Shown here one piece after another: positions 57,982 to 64,000 of a DNA stretch of 64,000 nucleotides (its first letter is position 1; every line of letters starts with the position of its first letter). The stretch spans positions 463,425 through 527,424 of the forward strand of contig JBNKOC010000012.1 in NCBI GenBank assembly GCA_050294405.1, read 5' to 3'. Both the position numbers and the translations under genes were made by a program. This DNA comes from Fibrobacteria bacterium. GTDB taxonomy: Bacteria; Fibrobacterota; Fibrobacteria; UBA11236; JADFYW01. The notes beneath the pieces were generated by a model, which was not told the DNA's origin, ran no database searches, and saw only the letters and a list, made by a program, of their open reading frames with translations.

Positions 57982-60900
57982 CTATTTGCGCTTCATTCGA
58001 AACATTTTAAACAGGGAAGAGCTGTTTTCACTCCCTGAGCTGGCCACAACTTTTAAATAATAAAGGCCATTGGATACCGGACGTCCGCTTTCATCTTTTC
58101 CGTTCCAAACAATTTCCCGATATCCGGTTCCCGCCGGTTCCTCCAGCTTTTTAACCAACCGTCCTGCTCTGGAATAAATTTTAAGGCTCACTTTGTCAGC
58201 CCAATCGGTGAGTTGGTACACAATTATGACGCTATCGGCAAAGGGGTTGGGGTAGGAACCATAAAGCCGGATTTTTAATCCTTGTCCCTTTTTATAAACC
58301 AGGCTTTCTTCTATTCGGTTTCCGCTAATATCATAGGCCACAACAGTTAAGGAATCCCTTTGTATTTTACCCTTGGGTTCGTATTGGATCACACCTGATT
58401 TGGCGAGGGCACCCACAGGAGCATTTACGGTAGTTGTGCTGTCAATTTCCCGATTGCCGCTAATAATTTGGGGAGGGTGGAGGTAGTAGTCCAAACCAAC
58501 ATCATCTTTTAATGTGATTTGCAACGGAGAGTTTTGCGGAATATAATCTTCCTGTAGTAAGAATTGTCCCTGGGCTGAAAACTGCACCTTGGGCAGTACT
58601 TTGTCCTGATTATAAAACATACCATATACACCGGGTACATATAAACTAGCCCCAGACAAACTCCCACTTAAGCTATCCAGTTTTAACCATTGGGACTGGG
58701 GAGGTAAATTATAGTGCCAGTAAGCCCTTTCAAGCGCGGCTTTTTTTAAAACGGAAGGCTGGCTGGAGTAGATTTCATATTGTGTGTTAGCACTGCCATT
58801 CCAACTGATAGAATAATAACCGGAGTTGGCCTCCTCAAATTCGGCAGGAGATAAGTGCTCTGGAAGTGCAAAGCTGTTTTGGGTTTTGGCCTCAATGAAA
58901 AATCTTTTGGCCGTACCGGAACGGTTGATTATATACATAGTGGAATCTTTAGTATAAAGGCGTTGGGATTCGCTGTTTAAATTTTTTGTGTATATTTCAA
59001 AGCTGCTGTCTTTTTGATTGTTTAACATGTTGCTTTCCAGCAGGCTGTCAGAAGGAGATATAAAGAATTGCAGAGTCTTTAATAAATCTCCATCTTTCAA
59101 ATCAAAAAACATAGAGTCAGACGCCCCTGAACCCAATTTTTGGCTATAAGTCTTAGTTTCGGTTTTTTGAACCACTCCATTGTCTAAAACATTGAGTTGG
59201 AGCTTAAAGGCCGAATCGCTACCAGCGCCATTATTGCTAAAGTGAACCCAAATTCCGAGTTTGTTTTGTACGGGAATGGTAAAACTGTTTTTTCCCAGTT
59301 CTAAATCCGATGGCAATACAATCGGAGCCGTATAAACTTTGGTTTGAATTCCCGGTAAATCAATGATTGAGCCATTGTTGGATTGAACGCTTAAAGACAT
59401 TCGTATTCTGTAAAATAAAACGGGATCTTTTATGTTGCTGGATAAATCAAGGATGGGAACAGCGGATAAAGTTTCGAAAACTCCAGGAGATTTTTGAGTT
59501 AACAATACTTCTTTTTGAGGGATGAAATCCGTGCTGGCGGCGCTACCTAAATAAAAAGAAACACTTCCTCCGTTTAAGGTTATTTCTCCATCAAGTTTTT
59601 CCAGCTTAAAACCAATTCTCACCGAGCTGTTGAGCCTTAATGGATTGGGTTTTACTACCAGCGAGTCTAACATCCAGTCCAAAGAATTAAAGGCGGCGTA
59701 CTTTACTGTGGACTTTTTACTGTCCCACATATGGCTGATAACTTTTCCCTCTTCGATAACGGGGAAGTTTCCAGAATTATTTGTGCGAAATTGAAAGGAC
59801 TCCGAATATTCGTCCCCGGAAATTTCCAAGGCCCGGCTAAAATAATTGGAATCATTTCCAATAACAGATATCACAGCTTCCGGGTTTTCCAGGCTAATAT
59901 TGCCATCGCTTACAAAAAGACCTGGTGTAGATGCTGTGGGAGAACCCTCTACTGTCAAAGCTTTTGTTGCCAAGGGAAACTCAATGGGAAGGGCGGGGTC
60001 TCCCAATAAATCAAACTCTCCCAGAATAGGGGCAAAGTCAAGGCCTGTTAATAAGCTGACCATGTTTTCGGCTGAGGCAATAATTTGGCCCGAAGTTTTT
60101 ATCCCACCACTCAGTGTCTGTTTAAAGACCTGCTCGGAAAGAAGTGAGGCCGCCACAGAACTGATGTATCCAGAAGCTCCGTAAAAAGACAGCGCCCCTG
60201 CTTTCGGATAGCGAAGCATTTCTTCTCCCAAACTGCGGTAATCCGTGTCTTCAAAAAAACCGGTTAAACAGGTAAAGGATGTAATTAAAGGAATAGCAAA
60301 TTCCCCCCGCAGAGAATCTCTATCTATTTCATCCATAGTTAACATACCCGCATCAGACCAGACCGAACCGCCTCCATGTCCGGTAAAACTCACCAAATTA
60401 AAAGCGGAATCCATCATATCAAAAAGAGAAGGCCCTTGCCCCCTTGATCTGTAATAAGGGCTATTGGATTCCACATCCCATCGGCTGTACTGCCTGTTGT
60501 TGTCAATTAGCAGACTTTGCAGATTATTGTTGTTCTTGGTGAATATGCTCTCAAATCCTCCCAACAAAAGGGCTTTGTTTTGCCAATGTCCATTGGGGCG
60601 CTCTTTTTCGTAATTTAATATTTTTTGAATCACTATTGAAAGACTGGGTTTGTCAATTACGGGTATGCGGCCAATCCACAAATCCTGAATATTATCTTCT
60701 CCAGAGATTTTCGCATAGTAATCATCGTTACTGGTAACTCCCCAGCCTGGAATATGTATTAAATGCGTTGGTACAATATTTTGGCTTCGGCCTGCGTCAG
60801 TTTTATCAAATAACATAGTTGTTTCCCCCAATAGTAATACATATATGGGAGCCGGCCTTTTCCACTGATGGTAAGCGTAGTTAATAAAACTTTTTATGCT

Positions 60901-62799
60901 GGATGGGTTTGCGGTTCCATCACCAAAATTTGCATATATGTGGTCCGCCAGAACGGTTTGTACGCTAAGTCCCGATTCTTCTCTGAGATTAACCAGGGAA
61001 TCCAAGGCTGTTCCCAATAGTTTTTTTTGAGTGATAATTAAATAATCAGCTTGCAGAATGCTGGTCTTTAAATTTTGTATGGTATCCAGATATATACCCG
61101 GAGTTAAAAAATCTTCTTTCTGCATCAACAAATATTCGGTAAAAGAGTTTTGGTTGTCCGAAAAGGAAATTTGCAGCGTTTTGCCAGTTGAAATGGTATT
61201 AAAACCGGAAAGTTTTCGGCCTTCCATATCCCATAAGGAAAAATTGTTACCAGTTAAGTTTTGGATCGCAAAATTTGTAGAGCCTTGTTCTGAGGGAAAA
61301 TTATTGTTGAACCTTAAATAGTTGCCAACTGCTTTTAACTGAGAGGAAAATTCAATTTGAATCCAATCCAGGTACGCGTCCTGAACTTCTACCAGGCCTC
61401 CTTCAGCAGTTCTCAAATCATTTATTTTTTGCAGGGTTAATATATTGCCACCGGATTTTAAAAGATCTGAGGGAAAGTAATCCGAAGTCCATATATAGGC
61501 ATCTGTCCCTGACCAAAGAGCCTCGTTTTGGCGGCCGTTTATAAAGGAAATATCGTTGGAGTTTAATAAAAATTTAACATGGTGGTCCAAAGGAGCGGTG
61601 AGAACATCGGTTATTCCCTGTAAACGCAAGGTTACGCGCGCCGAATCCCCGCCTAGTTCAGAATTTTCTTTGTTTACAGGGCTATAATTCAACTGAAAGG
61701 CGATATCCTTGGCATCCTCATTGGGACCCTGATTGTCCCAAAACCAAAAATCAGACACAGAGGAACTGCCCACATTATTTCCCAAATCCAAAACATCAGC
61801 TACAGCCACTCCACCCAGGCGGATGATTTTATTATCCTGTTCCAAATGAAGTTTTACCGGATAATGGGAAAGGGGTTTTATTTCTTTTTCTTCCTGCACA
61901 ACGCCTGCGATGGCCCCTGGCACCGGGCTTAAAGGAGCCCGTAAGCCGTACTTGCTGTTATTCCAACTCATGTATAATACGGCATCTTCCGTATAAAAGG
62001 AGTTGTAAGATTGGGTTCCGTTGCTGAGCAAACTTCCCTCGGGCCTTACTCCCAAAAATTCTATGTAGTCCTCTTTATCAAATTTTCCGTCATTTTCCCC
62101 GTGTATGTATATGGGTATTTGCCTTCCTTGAAATATCAATTTGATGTATCGTGGATCTATGTTATTTAAAGGCAAGCCTGCATTTTTCAGTTCTTCAAAT
62201 CCAAGCGTGTATATTTTTTCTTCACTGGTTCGGACGACGAGCCGTTCTCCTGTGATATCTTCCTGGACTGATGTTTTGGCCAGCGGGTTGCTGAAACTAT
62301 TTTCCACAAACCTCCATTTTCTGCTTTGGGAGTAGTTAAGCAAGTAGCTTTTTAAAAACTGCTCAGAGGGATGGCTTTCTGCTGGGGGAAAACTTGGCCT
62401 GCTGCTGTTGGAAAACAAATTTTGGGGATTGAAAAAAATGTTGAACTCTACTTTTTGTAACAGGTATTGCTTAGCTCCCTCCTGGAATAAAGGGTTAAAA
62501 TAAATTCCGGCCAATTCCAAATCCCTGAAGCGGCCCATTTTTTTTACTCCCGGGGAAAAGGCTTCCGCTTTTTTAGATTCGGTAGGAACAGTTAGCAATT
62601 GTTTTTCAATAATTTTGTATTGGAGGGATGGATTGTGGTTAAAAGGAAGGGCAATCACCCTTTCTACTTTTTGTTTTGAGCCATCGCCCATAGATTGCTG
62701 CCATTTAAGCTGCAACATCCCAGAGTTTTCTTCCAGGATTTGCCAGGAAGCCCAGAGGGGGGAAAGGAGTACCAAAAAGGAGAATAAGTACTTCATCAC
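57982..62799 (-). CDS. giant (1605 aa) secreted peptidase-C25 (gingipain-like) family protein with a T9SS type-A C-terminal sorting domain
   Basis: Signal peptide (MMKYLFSFLVLLSPLWAS). C25-like catalytic His/Cys contexts (VSFTGHGGGSVWSDAG; ITSFTCLTGFFED). C-terminal ~90 aa match the T9SS CTD consensus (SYPNPFADSVIIVYQL...KVSLKIYSRAGRLVKKL...NGLYYLKVV), coding about 57985-58260. Confidence 0.7.
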   Translation of the reverse strand: MMKYLFSFLVLLSPLWASWQILEENSGMLQLKWQQSMGDGSKQKVERVIALPFNHNPSLQYKIIEKQLLTVPTESKKAEAFSPGVKKMGRFRDLELAGIYFNPLFQEGAKQYLLQKVEFNIFFNPQNLFSNSSRPSFPPAESHPSEQFLKSYLLNYSQSRKWRFVENSFSNPLAKTSVQEDITGERLVVRTSEEKIYTLGFEELKNAGLPLNNIDPRYIKLIFQGRQIPIYIHGENDGKFDKEDYIEFLGVRPEGSLLSNGTQSYNSFYTEDAVLYMSWNNSKYGLRAPLSPVPGAIAGVVQEEKEIKPLSHYPVKLHLEQDNKIIRLGGVAVADVLDLGNNVGSSSVSDFWFWDNQGPNEDAKDIAFQLNYSPVNKENSELGGDSARVTLRLQGITDVLTAPLDHHVKFLLNSNDISFINGRQNEALWSGTDAYIWTSDYFPSDLLKSGGNILTLQKINDLRTAEGGLVEVQDAYLDWIQIEFSSQLKAVGNYLRFNNNFPSEQGSTNFAIQNLTGNNFSLWDMEGRKLSGFNTISTGKTLQISFSDNQNSFTEYLLMQKEDFLTPGIYLDTIQNLKTSILQADYLIITQKKLLGTALDSLVNLREESGLSVQTVLADHIYANFGDGTANPSSIKSFINYAYHQWKRPAPIYVLLLGETTMLFDKTDAGRSQNIVPTHLIHIPGWGVTSNDDYYAKISGEDNIQDLWIGRIPVIDKPSLSIVIQKILNYEKERPNGHWQNKALLLGGFESIFTKNNNNLQSLLIDNNRQYSRWDVESNSPYYRSRGQGPSLFDMMDSAFNLVSFTGHGGGSVWSDAGMLTMDEIDRDSLRGEFAIPLITSFTCLTGFFEDTDYRSLGEEMLRYPKAGALSFYGASGYISSVAASLLSEQVFKQTLSGGIKTSGQIIASAENMVSLLTGLDFAPILGEFDLLGDPALPIEFPLATKALTVEGSPTASTPGLFVSDGNISLENPEAVISVIGNDSNYFSRALEISGDEYSESFQFRTNNSGNFPVIEEGKVISHMWDSKKSTVKYAAFNSLDWMLDSLVVKPNPLRLNSSVRIGFKLEKLDGEITLNGGSVSFYLGSAASTDFIPQKEVLLTQKSPGVFETLSAVPILDLSSNIKDPVLFYRIRMSLSVQSNNGSIIDLPGIQTKVYTAPIVLPSDLELGKNSFTIPVQNKLGIWVHFSNNGAGSDSAFKLQLNVLDNGVVQKTETKTYSQKLGSGASDSMFFDLKDGDLLKTLQFFISPSDSLLESNMLNNQKDSSFEIYTKNLNSESQRLYTKDSTMYIINRSGTAKRFFIEAKTQNSFALPEHLSPAEFEEANSGYYSISWNGSANTQYEIYSSQPSVLKKAALERAYWHYNLPPQSQWLKLDSLSGSLSGASLYVPGVYGMFYNQDKVLPKVQFSAQGQFLLQEDYIPQNSPLQITLKDDVGLDYYLHPPQIISGNREIDSTTTVNAPVGALAKSGVIQYEPKGKIQRDSLTVVAYDISGNRIEESLVYKKGQGLKIRLYGSYPNPFADSVIIVYQLTDWADKVSLKIYSRAGRLVKKLEEPAGTGYREIVWNGKDESGRPVSNGLYYLKVVASSGSENSSSLFKMFRMKRK

Positions 62800-63575
62800 T
62801 CTGGCTTTAGCCGATAAAAATACGAGCAGCTTAAGGTTTGATAACGGTTAACAGGGTTGTTATTTGGCACTTCTGTGGATTTTATGCACCATTTTACCAT
62901 GACTGTATCGGAAGGAAAAGGAAACTGCAAGGAATCTTTGGCCTCGTCGGTCCGGTAATATATGGAGGCATCAGTGGAGTTAAAAGGAAAATTTTGCTTT
63001 TGAATGTATTCGCGCTTGCCATTAACATACAAGAAGGCGTAAAAGTCGTAGTGCACGCCGCGGTCGTGAGCGGACTGGACCTGGAAAATACTTTTCAAGC
63101 TGTTGCTGTAGCTGCCTTGGGCTGGTGATAACATATTCACTTTGGGTAGCAAACCTATTTTTTGATATACAATATCCCGGCTTCTCCATTCCTGCCCGGT
63201 AAATTCTTCATAAACTCCTTCCACTCCAAAATAAATTTGAGACCAACTGCTATCCAATGAAGGAAAATTCAAAATTAAACTCCTGCGCTGGGCGGAAACT
63301 TTTTTAATCAGGATTTCCGAGGTACCCGATTCCTCCAGGCGGTAATAAATATCAAAATAGCTAAGGCGCGAAGAATCTTTTTCGCTCACCTCCCAATGAA
63401 GCTCCACTCCAAGAGAAGTTTCAAGACTATCGGAAAGAGCCAACTGGACGGAGATTATATCCACCGCATCGATTAAAATATCTTTTTGCTCGGAACAGGC
63501 GATAAATGCCCATAGAAAAACAGGAGTTAAACTAATTAACCCAAAAGCATTTTTGAATTTGGCCGAAAACTCCAT
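62796..63575 (-). CDS. hypothetical lipoprotein, probably co-transcribed with the C25 peptidase gene
   Basis: Lipobox LWAFIA-C. 259 aa. Overlaps the start of the downstream C25 gene by 4 nt. Confidence 0.4.
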   Translation of the reverse strand: MEFSAKFKNAFGLISLTPVFLWAFIACSEQKDILIDAVDIISVQLALSDSLETSLGVELHWEVSEKDSSRLSYFDIYYRLEESGTSEILIKKVSAQRRSLILNFPSLDSSWSQIYFGVEGVYEEFTGQEWRSRDIVYQKIGLLPKVNMLSPAQGSYSNSLKSIFQVQSAHDRGVHYDFYAFLYVNGKREYIQKQNFPFNSTDASIYYRTDEAKDSLQFPFPSDTVMVKWCIKSTEVPNNNPVNRYQTLSCSYFYRLKPE

Positions 63576-63602
63576 GATTTTGGAAGGAACATATTCGGGC
63601 CT

Positions 63603-63995
63603 TTAAAAACGCCACAACACAATGCCAACTCCCAGGGACAATACGGATAATAACCCCATTGCATTGCGTTTTTTAATATGATCTTCCAATTCATTGTACA
63701 ATTTATCGTAATCTGATGCACCGTCTACTTTGTGCCTATCATATGCTTCGTTGGCGTCTCTGGCAAGTCTCTCTTCGTTTAATGCCAAGACAAAAGATAG
63801 AGCGGAGAGGGAAAATGCCGTGATTTTTCCGATTTTTTTCCAATTGAGAGGGGGCTGTTCTGGAGCCGCTGGTCCGGTGGCGAATTCGCCAGTGACCAAG
63901 TTTCTCAATTGCACTTCTTTATTCAAGACCTCTGAAGTTTTGATTAAAACTTTAAAACTGGTGTCCGCATAACCCTCAGGGCCGGTTATTTCCAC
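63603..63995 (-). CDS. hypothetical protein, C-terminal fragment; the gene continues past the window end
   Basis: ORF open to the 3' window boundary. C-terminal hydrophobic helix (GLLSVLSLGVGIVLWRF). No motif. Confidence 0.25.
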   Translation of the reverse strand: MEITGPEGYADTSFKVLIKTSEVLNKEVQLRNLVTGEFATGPAAPEQPPLNWKKIGKITAFSLSALSFVLALNEERLARDANEAYDRHKVDGASDYDKLYNELEDHIKKRNAMGLLSVLSLGVGIVLWRF

Positions 63996-64000
63996 CCAAT

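Noticed and set aside
59731-61321. Several plus-strand ORFs of 69-112 aa (59731-60009, 59846-60184, 60245-60454, 61058-61321) inside the C25 peptidase gene
   Set aside because: They lie entirely antisense to a 1605-aa ORF with coherent domain structure. Low-complexity translations, no start context. Treated as spurious.
1-64000. CRISPR arrays, rRNA genes, IS elements
   Set aside because: No regularly spaced direct repeats, no rRNA-like conserved segments and no transposase-like ORFs were seen when reading through the window on both strands.

Overview
This 64 kb window looks like a chromosomal segment from a moderately AT-rich Gram-negative bacterium. Three signals point to the FCB superphylum (for example Ignavibacteria, Calditrichaeota or relatives): a giant secreted protease carries a T9SS type-A C-terminal sorting domain with the YPNPF motif, a PEP-CTERM protein is present, and a sigma-54 enhancer-binding protein is encoded. 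The lineage call is inference from these signals and has not been searched.

Coding density is high and all calls rest on motif reading of the supplied six-frame translations. In order along the window:
- a TamB/AsmA-like protein (its 5' end lies outside the window) followed by an Omp85-family outer-membrane protein
- a sigma-54-dependent NtrC-type response regulator and a multi-TM sensor kinase
- a CysH-like PAPS reductase, a class I fumarase and gpmA
- a xylFGH-like sugar ABC transporter
- a PEP-CTERM protein
- a complete urea carboxylase / allophanate hydrolase locus with its NitT/TauT-type ABC importer and two DUF1989 accessory genes
- a tightly packed seven-gene block (30913-41954) described below
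- a trypsin-like protease translationally coupled to a small membrane protein
- an FG-GAP beta-propeller protein
- an AT-rich islet with two orphan proteins beside a tRNA-Arg(CCG) gene
- a pilM/N/O/P-like cluster ending in a GspE/PilB-family ATPase
- recO, panB, lnt and rsmI
- a 1605-aa C25 (gingipain-like) peptidase with a T9SS sorting tail

The most interesting region is the seven-gene block. It combines an Anbu proteasome-type peptidase, two circularly permuted ATP-grasp ligases (one fused to an alpha-E domain), a free alpha-E protein and three transglutaminase-like proteins, one of them a 1114-aa TGase-DUF2126 giant. This looks like an 'Anbu operon' followed directly by a mycobacterial Rv2566-Rv2567-Rv2569c-like module. 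It is a predicted but functionally uncharacterised amidoligase/peptidase, possibly a protein-tagging system.

No CRISPR array, transposase, integrase or rRNA was seen.
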